This document shows positions 52,378 through 62,575 of a stretch of DNA of 64,000 bases, piece by piece; within the stretch, counting starts at the first letter, position 1; each line of letters starts with the position of its first letter. This stretch comes from a virus. Taxonomy: Duplodnaviria > Heunggongvirae > Uroviricota > Caudoviricetes. The notes beneath the pieces were generated by a model. The model was not told the origin of the DNA. It saw only the letters and a program-made list of their open reading frames with translations, and made no database searches. A program made the position numbers and the translations under genes. Location: IMG/VR virus record IMGVR_UViG_3300045988_147305; one strand, given 5' to 3'.

Positions 52378-52890
52378 GCGTTAACACACCGCGAACTCTG
52401 TCAGATTGCGTACAAGTTCCTTAAGCGCAACGGGTTCAAGGTTTGTTTTCATGACCGCTTTATAGCTGTAACCAGTACCGGAGAACAGCCAGATGCTATG
52501 GGATTCAGAAATTCAGCATCATGCCTGATAGAGGCGAAGTGTTCTCGTGCTGACTTGTTGGCAGATAGAAAAAAGCGTTTTCGTAAAAATCCGTCTCTTG
52601 GAATGGGCGACTGGCGATTCTTTATTAGTGAGCCGGGAATTATTTCAATTGAGGATTTACCACCTGGCTGGGGATTACTTCACGTTGTTAACGGAAGAGT
52701 ACGGAAAGTACATGGGTGGCCCAAGGGTAATTGCTGTTGGGGTAATCCTGACGATAAGCCATTTACTGGAAATAAGCAGGTTGAATGCGATTACATGTTA
52801 TCTGCATTAAGGCGCATGGAGTTGAGAGGGCACCTTAATGAAATATATGACGGTGTAATTGTTAATAAGAAAGAAGGAAACGCGGCATGA
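52378..52890 (+). CDS. PD-(D/E)xK nuclease-like protein (MmcB-like)
   Basis: QPDAMGF ... LIEAKCSRADL motif arrangement. Confidence 0.45.
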   Translation, partial: ALTHRELCQIAYKFLKRNGFKVCFHDRFIAVTSTGEQPDAMGFRNSASCLIEAKCSRADLLADRKKRFRKNPSLGMGDWRFFISEPGIISIEDLPPGWGLLHVVNGRVRKVHGWPKGNCCWGNPDDKPFTGNKQVECDYMLSALRRMELRGHLNEIYDGVIVNKKEGNAA

Positions 52891-53351
52891 CCACTATTAC
52901 CAATAAGAAACAGTATCCCAGCGAGCAATATCTTAATGAGCTGATCACCAACATAGAGTTTGCCGCAAGGGCACCAGTTGAAGTCGTGAGAGCAATGGCA
53001 GCAGAGCTACAGAAGCGGCGCGAAGCTGATAGTGCAGAACCAGTTGCTTATATTTTCAAACATCCGGCCGGGAAATTATTCTGGGCTTTAACGGATGAAA
53101 GCAATAAAGAGCAAGCGGACGTTATTCCTGTTTATGCTGCCGCGCCTGCGTCGGTTGTGCCGGATAATGCATCAGAGCCTCTTGCTTATGCTTACAAAGA
53201 GCTTACGCCTGAGATTATGCGCAACCATTTAGCTGTATTCGAGCGATATGGAATAGCCCCAAACGATAGCACTACCACAATTCAGGCACTGCGAATCGCG
53301 CTGGATGGTATAGAGCGGAGCGACGCCATGCTTCAGGGTAAAGGAGGGTGA
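52887..53351 (+). CDS. Hypothetical protein
   Basis: 154 aa; shares the N-terminus MTTIT with the gene at 53559. Confidence 0.4.
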   Translation: MTTITNKKQYPSEQYLNELITNIEFAARAPVEVVRAMAAELQKRREADSAEPVAYIFKHPAGKLFWALTDESNKEQADVIPVYAAAPASVVPDNASEPLAYAYKELTPEIMRNHLAVFERYGIAPNDSTTTIQALRIALDGIERSDAMLQGKGG

Positions 53352-53352
53352 T

Positions 53353-53562
53353 ATGGCTATTGCCGCAAGTTACACAATGCATCTCTATTGTGATTGCCTC
53401 CAGTGTACAGATGGCAAATATAAGTCGCCAGACTTCGGTGAGTATATCGGTACGTCATGGTCTGGTTGTGCAAAAGAGGCCCGTAAAGACGGGTGGCGAA
53501 TAAGCGCCGACAAAACACGTGCTTTTGCGCCCGGGCATAAAGTTTTGAGGATTAACAAATGA
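53353..53562 (+). CDS. Small Cys-rich protein
   Basis: 69 aa with CDCLQC...C. Confidence 0.35.
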   Translation: MAIAASYTMHLYCDCLQCTDGKYKSPDFGEYIGTSWSGCAKEARKDGWRISADKTRAFAPGHKVLRINK

Positions 53563-54167
53563 CCACTATTACCAGAGAACAAACTCTGAAAATTATTGAG
53601 GCAGCCGATGAGGTTATTAGTGCGCTTGCCGGAACTAACGAGGATGTTCACCCTGGTAGCGATAACATGCTACGCCTGTGGGATGACCTGAATGACCGTT
53701 ACGCGCCCCCGGAAGTAGTGCGTGAGCTGGCACGAATTGTGCTGGCATCGCTGGAAGCCGAACCTGTAAGCCAAACTTACAACTTGCCAGAATTAATCGA
53801 GGGCATGGAAGTTTCCATTGATGTAAGCACTTGTGATGCTGATTTAGGTAATCGCTATTTCGGCACCGTCACCGAGGCGTCAGAACTTGATACTGCCAAG
53901 AATGGTTACATCCTCCTGGTTCAGGACGCAGAGCCAAACTTCGATGTAAATGGCAACTCTCCGGTAACTCCGGATAGTTGGATAAGCTGTAGTGAGCGAA
54001 TGCCCGCTCAAGATGATTGGATTTTAATTTATTCAAAGCACGGCGAGTATATGGCAGGCCAGGTGCAAGGGGAATACGTGGAGTTGAGCGACGGCACTTT
54101 ATCGTGGTTAGGGAACGCCTTGTTCTGGATGCCGCTACCAGAACCGCCGCAGGAGGTGAATCAATGA
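53559..54167 (+). CDS. DUF551-like domain protein
   Basis: C-terminal WISCSERMP...DWILIY...WMPLPEPP pattern. Confidence 0.45.
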   Translation: MTTITREQTLKIIEAADEVISALAGTNEDVHPGSDNMLRLWDDLNDRYAPPEVVRELARIVLASLEAEPVSQTYNLPELIEGMEVSIDVSTCDADLGNRYFGTVTEASELDTAKNGYILLVQDAEPNFDVNGNSPVTPDSWISCSERMPAQDDWILIYSKHGEYMAGQVQGEYVELSDGTLSWLGNALFWMPLPEPPQEVNQ

Positions 54168-54249
54168 GCTGGCCTGAAGCATTCACCACGGTAGGAATTG
54201 TGATGGCGGCAGCACTGGGTTTGTATTCAATTTGTCGCTGGTGGTAACG

Positions 54250-54483
54250 ATGGGAAAAATAACTTTTGTAGTCGAATTTGAGGATGGCAAAGAGCCACCT
54301 GTTAGCGCCAATCTTGATGTTGCTGGTGGCAGGCTTGTTTCGGTTCTATTTGGTGACTACCGAGATGACTTCTTCCAACCAGAAGAAGTTGATGTAGTGC
54401 GAGAGGCATTAAACGAGTTAAGTGTTGATAACGATGATGCTCATGCGGAAATCATCCAAAAAATGGAACTGCTAACTCACTAA
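54250..54483 (+). CDS. Small strongly acidic protein
   Basis: About 77 aa with roughly 19 Asp/Glu and 6 basic residues. Confidence 0.4.
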   Translation: MGKITFVVEFEDGKEPPVSANLDVAGGRLVSVLFGDYRDDFFQPEEVDVVREALNELSVDNDDAHAEIIQKMELLTH

Positions 54484-54531
54484 ATTATCAATTATGGTGC
54501 TATCACCTACGACACCGAGAGAAAATTTATA

Positions 54532-54654
54532 ATGTCAAAAGTAAATGTTTTGATTTTTTCAGCAATTGTTGGCTTTGGTTTTACTGCCGGAGTGCAGATT
54601 TATATTACGTGGGAAAAAATCATCAACTACGCATGGAGTTGTTTTATTAAGTGA
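54532..54654 (+). CDS. 40-aa hydrophobic peptide
   Basis: Hand-translated MSKVNVLIFSAIVGFGFTAGVQIYITWEKIINYAWSCFIK; below the ORF-track cutoff. Confidence 0.3.
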   Translation: MSKVNVLIFSAIVGFGFTAGVQIYITWEKIINYAWSCFIK

Positions 54655-54661
54655 GGTAAGT

Positions 54662-54955
54662 ATGTGGAGAGGTAATAGTCATGGCAAAAGCCAGATGATA
54701 CTTACCGAATATCAGTTTGACCATAAAACCAATAAATCACGTTCAGTATATTTGCTTCGGCACAATAGCCGCGTAATGAATACCGTGCTGGAGCAAAATC
54801 TGACTGTTGAAATAGATAGTTACGGGGGCTTCAAGCCAACAATTTCGCTTGATGATTTTCCTCGTGGTTTAAGCGAAAGAGAAGCAATGCTGAAATTAGC
54901 AGAATGGCTACAAAGATTAAGCATTGCTATTGAAGATAACTGGTCTGAACCTTAA
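54662..54955 (+). CDS. Small hypothetical protein
   Basis: About 98 aa from the internal Met of ORF 54566-54955. Confidence 0.35.
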   Translation: MWRGNSHGKSQMILTEYQFDHKTNKSRSVYLLRHNSRVMNTVLEQNLTVEIDSYGGFKPTISLDDFPRGLSEREAMLKLAEWLQRLSIAIEDNWSEP

Positions 54956-54961
54956 ATTTAT

Positions 54962-55336
54962 ATGATGACACTAAAACATTTTCTTGACCGCCCATTATGG
55001 GCGGCAGCCGCAGGCTATGACTTTAATTATATGGATTGCATGTCTTATACCGCCAATGCATACGACTATTCCTTCAGTCTGCTGCTTAATTCTTTAAGAA
55101 TATTGCCGCAAACAGAAGTTGGAGAGCTTCATTTATGGCTATTGGGCTTTATCGCGGCTGGAGTTGGTATTGCTGTATGGCCTTTTATTTTCTGGCTGGT
55201 GGCTGTTGTAGTGTGGTTTAAGTGCAAGACGTACCGGAGAAAGTATTTCTTAGGTGATGGAATGACTGATATTGCCAAAATGAACATTGAAAAATGGACT
55301 AAGGAATGTGAAAAGAAATGGCGCAAAAAGAAATGA
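54962..55336 (+). CDS. Small membrane protein
   Basis: 124 aa with a hydrophobic segment GFIAAGVGIAVWPFIFWLVAVVVWF. Confidence 0.4.
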   Translation: MMTLKHFLDRPLWAAAAGYDFNYMDCMSYTANAYDYSFSLLLNSLRILPQTEVGELHLWLLGFIAAGVGIAVWPFIFWLVAVVVWFKCKTYRRKYFLGDGMTDIAKMNIEKWTKECEKKWRKKK

Positions 55337-56226
55337 CCAGAATCACTGAAGAGCGTATATCAGAGATTATTTCCCGTATCGAAATGTATGGTCACGGTGC
55401 TGGATATACGGCAGATGAAGTATTGGCACTTGCCCAAATGGCTTTGGCGGCTTGCAAAGATGATAAAAAAATGAAGTTTATCGACTTGTTAGTGAAGGAA
55501 CTGCCTAAGTGCGGCGGGTGGCCTGATGGAATGAGTTATTGTTACCTACCCAGTGTCAATTTAATGGCACCATGCGCGACTTTTGCTTTTGGCTCAGACC
55601 ACAAAAAAGACACTTTCTTTGGGCGCAATTTTTGTTGTGAGATTGAGCTTCCAATTGGTGACCTTGATAGCGATGAATACCAGTCAGTTGTCACTCGCGA
55701 ACAATACGAATCAGCTCTCATAGCGTCGCAGAAAGTCGAGTTCAATGGTGATGAACTTGAAAGTAAGACTTACAGGTTGGATTTTGGGCAATGGCTGGAA
55801 CAGCAACGCGGGAAAATCGATGTGGACTGTGGTTGTGTGTCCACTGAAACATTCATGCACTGGCTGCGGGTAGCTTACGAGGCTGGCAACTATCCGGATA
55901 TTCCGGATAGTTCGGTGCCAGCACCAGGAAAGGGCGTCACCGGTGAACGTATCCGAATTAAGCCGCATGTTTATCGCGAACTGGTTAACCGTCTCCACGA
56001 TACAGCGATCAAGTGTGCTGGCACCCAGCAATTACGAGAAAGAATTAGCCGTGTTTTGGGCGACGTTATTACACCAGATCATCATAAACAAGCCGAGAAA
56101 AGCGGTCTGGAAAGGAGTCATCTTGAAGCGGCATTAAACATTAAACCGGGGCATACGCTAGGTGTCATTGATGCCATGTTGGTTCATGAAATGGCTAAGG
56201 CGTTATTGCCACTGGAGGCTGATTAA
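55333..56226 (+). CDS. Hypothetical protein
   Basis: About 300 aa; start uncertain (ORF-track start 55318). Confidence 0.4.
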   Translation: MTRITEERISEIISRIEMYGHGAGYTADEVLALAQMALAACKDDKKMKFIDLLVKELPKCGGWPDGMSYCYLPSVNLMAPCATFAFGSDHKKDTFFGRNFCCEIELPIGDLDSDEYQSVVTREQYESALIASQKVEFNGDELESKTYRLDFGQWLEQQRGKIDVDCGCVSTETFMHWLRVAYEAGNYPDIPDSSVPAPGKGVTGERIRIKPHVYRELVNRLHDTAIKCAGTQQLRERISRVLGDVITPDHHKQAEKSGLERSHLEAALNIKPGHTLGVIDAMLVHEMAKALLPLEAD

Positions 56227-56289
56227 ATTCCGGATAAAGCTGATATCTGATCACCATGCTAAAATCCCCTCAATTCACAGAGGGGATTT

Positions 56290-56562
56290 TTGTATATGTT
56301 GCGTAGATTTTTAGGTAAAAGCGTTATTGTCGGTGCGATGTTGGCTATGTCTGGGTGTGCTATGGTGCAATACAATGACGGAGAAAAGGTTAGCATCCAG
56401 TCAGATGGTTGGTATGGCCTGGATAGCCTGCAAAAAACAGCGGATAAAGCCTGCCAGCAATACGGAAAGTCTAAAGCCGTATATCAGCATAGCGCGAACG
56501 CTAACCCTCATCTTGCGCCCGGTTCGGGTGTTCAGAATACCATCTGGAAATGTGAGCCTTAA
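56290..56562 (+). CDS. Small lipoprotein
   Basis: Signal peptide with lipobox LAMSGC. Confidence 0.45.
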   Translation: MYMLRRFLGKSVIVGAMLAMSGCAMVQYNDGEKVSIQSDGWYGLDSLQKTADKACQQYGKSKAVYQHSANANPHLAPGSGVQNTIWKCEP

Positions 56563-56564
56563 AC

Positions 56565-56813
56565 ATGAGCGACTGGAATATTGCAGCCAAAAGTCAGGAA
56601 GAACGGGATAAGGTTAACGTAGATCTGGCTGCCAGCGGTGTGGCGTACAAAGAGCGATTGAACATACCAGTCATAGCGGAACAGGTGGCCAGGGAACAAC
56701 CTGAGCACTTGCGTGCATGTTTCATGGAAAGACTACGTTATTACCGCGAGCAGAGCGTGAAACTACCAAAAGGAAGTGATCCGGTATATCAAAAGGCAGA
56801 TCCACAAAAATAA
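56565..56813 (+). CDS. hot: Hot, homologue of DNA polymerase III theta subunit
   Basis: [36 protein letters not shown] closely matches E. coli HolE as recalled. Confidence 0.8.
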   Translation: MSDWNIAAKSQEERDKVNVDLAASGVAYKERLNIPVIAEQVAREQPEHLRACFMERLRYYREQSVKLPKGSDPVYQKADPQK

Positions 56814-56890
56814 GCCTTTTCAATAAGCTATATCACCACCAGCTAAAAAATACATTCTGACTTGCATGAAATGCGCCCTTTAGCGATATA

Positions 56891-56906
56891 CTGTATATAA
56901 ACACAG
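56891..56906 (+). promoter_or_regulatory. LexA (SOS) box
   Basis: CTGTATATAAACACAG, a perfect CTGT-N8-ACAG, 18 nt upstream of humD. Confidence 0.8.
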
Positions 56907-56924
56907 TATTTAGGAGGGCGTATA

Positions 56925-57317
56925 ATGGGATTCCCATCACCAGCAGCCGATTTTGCTGAAAGCAGAATTTCGCTTGACGCACAATTCATCAAACGACCAA
57001 CCGCAACATATTTCATGCGGGCCGCCTGCTCACATCTCCGTGAGGGGATTTTGCAAGGTGCAATGCTGGTGGTTGATTCATCTCTTCCACCACTGGATGG
57101 TTCTCTACTCATATGTGCCGTAGAGGGAGAATTTCGCGTAAAGCGATACCGCAAGCATCCTCGCCCACACCTTGAGGATCTGGAAAGCGGAAGACGTGAG
57201 TCACTGCCAGATGATGATGACAGCAGCTATTCCGGGAGTCAGGCCATATTCGGGGTAATCACATACATCATTAACGATGCCAGGAGTGGGGAATTTGATG
57301 ATTGCCCGGTGATTTAA
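56925..57317 (+). CDS. humD: UmuD'-like protein HumD
   Basis: 130 aa, S24 peptidase/UmuD-like C-terminal domain lacking the N-terminal cleavage segment; LexA box upstream. Confidence 0.8.
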   Translation: MGFPSPAADFAESRISLDAQFIKRPTATYFMRAACSHLREGILQGAMLVVDSSLPPLDGSLLICAVEGEFRVKRYRKHPRPHLEDLESGRRESLPDDDDSSYSGSQAIFGVITYIINDARSGEFDDCPVI

Positions 57318-57389
57318 GCTGCAAAGAGCTGGTGCTTTATGCTTGTGAAGTTTATACTTGTGTACACATAACGAGTACACGAGGTGTTT

Positions 57390-57611
57390 ATGCAATCCAT
57401 TAACTTCCGTACCGCGCGTGGCAACCTTTCTGAAGTGCTCAACAATGTTGAAGCCGGGGAAGAGGTTGAAATCACCCGCAGAGGCCGTGAGCCAGCAGTA
57501 ATTGTCAGCAAGGCTACTTTCGAAGCCTACAAAAAAGCGGCGCTGGATGCTGAATTTGCATCCCTGTTTGACACCCTGGACTCCACCAACAAGGAACTGG
57601 TTAACCGATAA
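57390..57611 (+). CDS. phd: Phd antitoxin
   Basis: [39 protein letters not shown] recalled as P1 Phd; ORF-track start at GTG 57384. Confidence 0.9.
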
Positions 57612-57991
57612 TGAGGCATATATCACCGGAAGAACTTATTGCGCTTCATGATGCGAATATAAGCCGCTACGGCGGCCTGCCGGGAATGTCTGATCCGGGT
57701 AGGGCAGAGGCCATTATCGGGAGAGTTCAGGCCAGAGTTGCCTACGAAGAGATCACCGACCTTTTCGAAGTCTCCGCCACCTACCTGGTGGCTACAGCGA
57801 GAGGGCATATATTCAATGATGCCAATAAGCGTACCGCGCTAAACAGCGCGCTGCTATTTCTACGCCGTAACGGGGTGCAGGTATTTGATTCACCTGAACT
57901 GGCAGACCTTACTGTAGGGGCTGCGACTGGCGAGATATCTGTATCTTCTGTCGCCGACACGTTACGTAGATTGTATGGTTCTGCGGAGTAG
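57611..57991 (+). CDS. doc: Doc toxin (Fic-family kinase)
   Basis: 126 aa; [13 protein letters not shown] Fic-like motif; overlaps the phd stop. Confidence 0.9.
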
Positions 57992-57995
57992 ATTA

Positions 57996-58175
57996 ATGGC
58001 ACGCAAATACAACAAATTGTCCCGTGAAGCGTTAAAGATGCTTCTTGATGGCGTGAGTCGCCGCAAGGTAAAGCAATACCTGGTTGGTAAGCAAATTGGA
58101 GTCAGGACCGCTATTGCTGTGTTATGCCGTCAGGAAATGGTTGTGCTTAAACAGAGAATGCCGGGCAGCAGATAA
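57996..58175 (+). CDS. Small basic protein (pdcA position)
   Basis: Start taken at MARKYNKL. Confidence 0.35.
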   Translation: MARKYNKLSREALKMLLDGVSRRKVKQYLVGKQIGVRTAIAVLCRQEMVVLKQRMPGSR

Positions 58176-58202
58176 AGCCCAATCAGTGATTAAAGGTGTG
58201 AT

Positions 58203-59246
58203 GTGAAAGCCGTAATTACTCCCTTTGTACAGAAAGAGCTTGGCCTCGCCACGTTCAAAGTGGATCAGGAGGTCAGAAAGCTGGTGGAGGCTGGCCGTAA
58301 ATTTATTATGGAGCCGGTGCCGCGTGAGTTAATCGAGCACATGGAAGACGGCCTCGTTGTTACCGAGCAAACCATGGCAACAAATGAGGCGTTGCAGCCG
58401 TTTTTTAACAGCGATGAACTGTTTCGCCGTATTGGTGGAATTGACGCGCTGGTGGCGTGGTTGCGTAGGAAAGAGGGTCAATGCCAGGCCGCAGATCGTA
58501 GTTGGTGTGACAACCATATTGTCCACGCTGAACGAGACAATAGCGCGGTGTTGTTGTGCTGGCATCACGATAACCATTACCGGATGCGTGGTTTTAATGA
58601 GCTGAAAGAAACGCTGCACAATAATCGCGTTAACTGGATACTGGATGTCGCCCGTCAGGAAATGGGCCTTTCAAATAGCCATGATTTAAGTATTCAGGAG
58701 CTGTGCTGGTGGGCTTTCATGCGCAACATGATGCACCTGATGCCGGAAGAAGTCTGCCGCATATCAATAAATAAGATGAAGGCTACTCCGCAGGATAGCG
58801 GACCTCTGAAAGAGGCGGATATTCGCCCGTATGACGATCGCGCTACAGCATATGTTCAGATGATGGAAGAACGCGCCGCGCCGATGCGTGCAAAAGTATG
58901 CCCTGTGGATGTTGACGCCGACCCTGGCATGGCGCATTTCAAAATACCAAAACTTCAATCGCTAAAATTGCCCGAGTACATGGATTTTGTGGCTTCCCGT
59001 CCATGCTGTGGCTGTGGAGCTGCGGGAGCTGGCGCTCACATTACGCCTTATATCGTTCGTCATAGTCGATTATGCGCGCATGACATTTATGCTATTCCTC
59101 TGTGCCAGTCATGCCAGCGTGATATTGAGCGTGACCGCGATAATTGGGAGAAGACGCACGGTAGGCTGGCGATGCATCAACGATTGTTCTTTGATTACGC
59201 GCTTGGAGTCGGCGCTATCACAAGTCATTCGTCGAGCGTTAGATAA
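58203..59246 (+). CDS. Cys/His-rich protein (pdcB position)
   Basis: 347 aa, GTG start; C-terminal CCGCG...C..C..C cluster. Confidence 0.45.
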   Translation: MKAVITPFVQKELGLATFKVDQEVRKLVEAGRKFIMEPVPRELIEHMEDGLVVTEQTMATNEALQPFFNSDELFRRIGGIDALVAWLRRKEGQCQAADRSWCDNHIVHAERDNSAVLLCWHHDNHYRMRGFNELKETLHNNRVNWILDVARQEMGLSNSHDLSIQELCWWAFMRNMMHLMPEEVCRISINKMKATPQDSGPLKEADIRPYDDRATAYVQMMEERAAPMRAKVCPVDVDADPGMAHFKIPKLQSLKLPEYMDFVASRPCCGCGAAGAGAHITPYIVRHSRLCAHDIYAIPLCQSCQRDIERDRDNWEKTHGRLAMHQRLFFDYALGVGAITSHSSSVR

Positions 59247-59247
59247 A

Positions 59248-59264
59248 ATTGCTCTAATGTATTG
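59248..59264 (+). promoter_or_regulatory. C1 operator upstream of lpa
   Basis: ATTGCTCTAATGTATTG. Confidence 0.6.
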
Positions 59265-59334
59265 CTATTTCTTTAATCGAGGGTATTATATTCGACGTTG
59301 ATTAGTTGACATGGGCTAATCAGTAGGTGACAGG

Positions 59335-59787
59335 ATGTTACTTAACTGGCAGGGACGCCACTTCATGGAAATAAATCACTCACGAATAACATCGTACGAG
59401 ATTGCGGATTACATGATCCGCACTAAATCTCTTCTATCAGCGAAAGATCTCGCAGCAATTCTTGAAAAGGAATACCCGCATCTGGATGTCGATAAGCGCG
59501 ATGTTTATCTGCGCTTAAAGGCTATCGCTGTGTCTAAGTATTCGTCTGTTTTGATTGATGACAGTACACGCCCACGTAGATTTCAGATCCACTCTCTGAA
59601 TCCTGAATTCTTTCGCCGCAGCCGCGCTCCGCGCCGGTTTGATGAAAAACTCCAGAACGAACTCTATATGACGCAGGACGAAAAGGAACGCCGGGAGCAC
59701 CAGCCTTGGGTGATGGCGCGTCAACTTTTCAATAAGGTGGTCCGTCAGCACCGTCATTACGGTAATGCCACATCCGCACGTATCTGA
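59335..59787 (+). CDS. lpa: Late promoter activator Lpa
   Basis: About 150 aa; sits between the C1 operator and pacA as in P1. Confidence 0.65.
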   Translation: MLLNWQGRHFMEINHSRITSYEIADYMIRTKSLLSAKDLAAILEKEYPHLDVDKRDVYLRLKAIAVSKYSSVLIDDSTRPRRFQIHSLNPEFFRRSRAPRRFDEKLQNELYMTQDEKERREHQPWVMARQLFNKVVRQHRHYGNATSARI

Positions 59788-59873
59788 TTGATTGCTTGCC
59801 CGTTCCGGGCCTTTTGACATGTGACTTTCGTTACCCTCGCGTCAAAAAGAGTTTTATACGAAAGGAAGCATAA

Positions 59874-61067
59874 GTGACCTGGGACGATCACAAGAAGAAT
59901 TTTGCTCGCCTGGCGCGAGATGGTGGTTACACCATCGCACAATATGCCGCCGAGTTTAATCTCAACCCAAACACCGCACGTCGTTATCTCCGTGCATTCA
60001 AAGAAGACACCGGAACAGCGGACAGCCGTAAGCCAAATAAGCCTGTCAGAAAACCACTAAAAAGCATGATCATTGATCACGATAATGATCAACGTGCAGG
60101 TGATCACGTTGTGGCTGAAATGGTTGAAAAACAAAGAGTTAATGCTGTTGTCAGTGCCGCAGTCGAGAACGCGAAGCGCCAGAATAAGCGCATAAATGAT
60201 CGTTCTGATGATCATGACGTGATCACCCGCGCCCACCGGACCTTACGTGATCGCCTGGAACGCGACACCCTGGATGATGATGGTGAACGCTTTGAATTCG
60301 AAGCTGGCGATTACCTGATAGATAACGTTGAAGCGCGGAAGGCCGCGCGCGCTATGTTGCGTCGGTCCGGGGCTGATGTTCTGGAAACCACTCTTCTGGA
60401 AAAGTCTCTTTCTCATCTCCTTATGCTGGAGAACGCCAGGGATACGTGTATTCGCCTGGTGCAGGAAATGCGCGATCAGCAAAAAGACGATGATGAAGGT
60501 ACTCCGCCTGAATACCGTATCGCGAGCATGCTAAACAGCTGTTCCGCGCAGATAAGCAGTCTGATCAACACCATTTACAGCATCCGGAATAACTATCGAA
60601 AAGAAAGCCGGGAGGCGGAAAAGCACGCTTTGTCTATGGGGCAAGCTGGCATTGTTAAGCTGGCATACGAACGAAAGCGTGAAAACAACTGGTCAGTGCT
60701 GGAGGCAGCTGAATTCATCGAGGCGCATGGAGGGAAAGTACCGCCCCTGATGCTGGAGCAAATCAAAGCCGATCTGCGTGCTCCTAAGACCAATACCGAT
60801 GATGAGGAAAGGCAAACAGCCGTCGGTGGCCCTTCTCTTGAAGATCTGGACAAAGTTGCGCGAGAACGGGCCGCCAACCGCCGCGCCGATGCCGCATTGT
60901 GGATTGAGCAGCGTAGGGAAGAAATCGCCGATATCGTTGATACAGGCGGTTATGGAGATGTTGATACTGAAGGTGTATCAAACGACCCATGGCTGGAACA
61001 AGACCTGGACGAAGACGAGGAGGAAGACGAAGAAGTTACCCGCAAGCTATACGGGGATGATGATTAA
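59874..61067 (+). CDS. pacA: Terminase small subunit PacA
   Basis: 397 aa; contains the pac site; overlaps the pacB start. Confidence 0.85.
   Translation: MTWDDHKKNFARLARDGGYTIAQYAAEFNLNPNTARRYLRAFKEDTGTADSRKPNKPVRKPLKSMIIDHDNDQRAGDHVVAEMVEKQRVNAVVSAAVENAKRQNKRINDRSDDHDVITRAHRTLRDRLERDTLDDDGERFEFEAGDYLIDNVEARKAARAMLRRSGADVLETTLLEKSLSHLLMLENARDTCIRLVQEMRDQQKDDDEGTPPEYRIASMLNSCSAQISSLINTIYSIRNNYRKESREAEKHALSMGQAGIVKLAYERKRENNWSVLEAAEFIEAHGGKVPPLMLEQIKADLRAPKTNTDDEERQTAVGGPSLEDLDKVARERAANRRADAALWIEQRREEIADIVDTGGYGDVDTEGVSNDPWLEQDLDEDEEEDEEVTRKLYGDDD
60067..60225 (+). other. pac: pac packaging site (7 TGATCA/G hexamers)
   Basis: Four hexamers at 60067-60106 and three at 60197-60225, each carrying a Dam GATC, about 90 bp apart. 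Confidence 0.8.
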
Positions 61068-62551
61068 TGGCCAGAAGTTGCGTAACGGATCCACGTTGGC
61101 GCGAGCTGGTGGCGCTATATCGTTATGACTGGATTGCGGCCGCTGATGTTTTGTTCGGCAAAACACCTACCTGGCAGCAGGATCTGATTATTGAGTCTGT
61201 GCAGGAACAGGGTAGCAAGACATCTGTTTCGTCTGGTCACGGTACCGGGAAATCAGACATGACTTCTATCATGATCATGTTGTTCATAATCATGTATCCC
61301 GGTGCCCGCGCCATTATCGTTGCGAACAAAATTCAGCAGGTAATGACCGGTATATTCAAGTACATCAAGATAAACTGGGCTACTGCCACCAGCCGTTTCC
61401 CATGGCTTGCTGATTATTTTGTTCTGACAGAAACCGCTTTCTATGAGGTTACTGGTAAAGGTGTATGGACTGTAGTACCGAAGGGCTTTCGTCTGGGAAG
61501 TGAAGAAGCTCTCGCCGGTGAACACGCAGATCATCTTCTGTATATTATCGATGAAGCCTCCGGTGTCAGTGATAGAGCTTTCGGTATCATCACCGGTGCT
61601 CTTACCGGACAGGATAACCGCATCTTATTACTGTCACAGCCTACACGCCCAAGCGGCTATTTCTACGATACTCATCATAAACTGGCCAAGCGTCCTGGTA
61701 ACCCTGATGGCGTTTATACGGCGATCACGCTTAACAGTGAGGAATCACCGCTGGTAACGCCAGCATTTATCAAAATGAAGCTGGCGGAGTACGGCGGGCG
61801 TGATAACCCTATGTACATGATTAAGGTACGCGGACTATTCCCTAAATCACAGGATGGCTTCCTTCTTGGACGTGATGAGGTTGAACGTGCGACGCGGCGG
61901 AAAGTCAAGATTGCCAAAGGATGGGGCTGGCTTGCATGTGTGGACGTTGCTGGTGGTACGGGACGGGATAAGTCCGTTATCAATATCATGATGGTGTCCG
62001 GCCAGCGAAATAAACGCCGTGTAATCAACTATCGAATGCTGGAATACACAGACGTTACAGAAACGCAGCTTGCCGCCAAAATTTTCGCAGAATGTAATCC
62101 TGAGCGATTCCCAAATATCACCATAGCGATAGACGGCGATGGCCTGGGTAAAGCAACGGCGGATCTGATGTACGAGTATTATGGTATTACCGTACAGCGT
62201 ATACGCTGGGGTAAAAAGATGCATAGCCGTGAAGATAAGAGCCTGTACTTTGATAAACGTGCTTATGCCAACGTTCAAGCCGCAGAGGCCGTAAAATCTG
62301 GTCGTATGAGACTGGATAAGGGTAATGAAACTATTGAGGAAGCGTCGAAAATCCCTGTAGGGATTAACTCCGCAGGTCAATGGAAGGTGATGAGTAAGGA
62401 GGATATGAAGAAAAAACTCAACCTGCACTCACCAGACCATTGGGATACATATTGTTTCGCTATGCTGGCGGATTATGTTCCCCAGGATGAAGTGCTTAGC
62501 ATCGAAGACGAAGCGCAGGTTGATGAAGCCTTGGCATGGCTTAATGAATAA
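61067..62551 (+). CDS. pacB: Terminase large subunit PacB
   Basis: 494 aa, translationally coupled to pacA. Confidence 0.8.
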   Translation: MARSCVTDPRWRELVALYRYDWIAAADVLFGKTPTWQQDLIIESVQEQGSKTSVSSGHGTGKSDMTSIMIMLFIIMYPGARAIIVANKIQQVMTGIFKYIKINWATATSRFPWLADYFVLTETAFYEVTGKGVWTVVPKGFRLGSEEALAGEHADHLLYIIDEASGVSDRAFGIITGALTGQDNRILLLSQPTRPSGYFYDTHHKLAKRPGNPDGVYTAITLNSEESPLVTPAFIKMKLAEYGGRDNPMYMIKVRGLFPKSQDGFLLGRDEVERATRRKVKIAKGWGWLACVDVAGGTGRDKSVINIMMVSGQRNKRRVINYRMLEYTDVTETQLAAKIFAECNPERFPNITIAIDGDGLGKATADLMYEYYGITVQRIRWGKKMHSREDKSLYFDKRAYANVQAAEAVKSGRMRLDKGNETIEEASKIPVGINSAGQWKVMSKEDMKKKLNLHSPDHWDTYCFAMLADYVPQDEVLSIEDEAQVDEALAWLNE

Positions 62552-62575
62552 CTCATTGACCATGCCGGATAGAAA

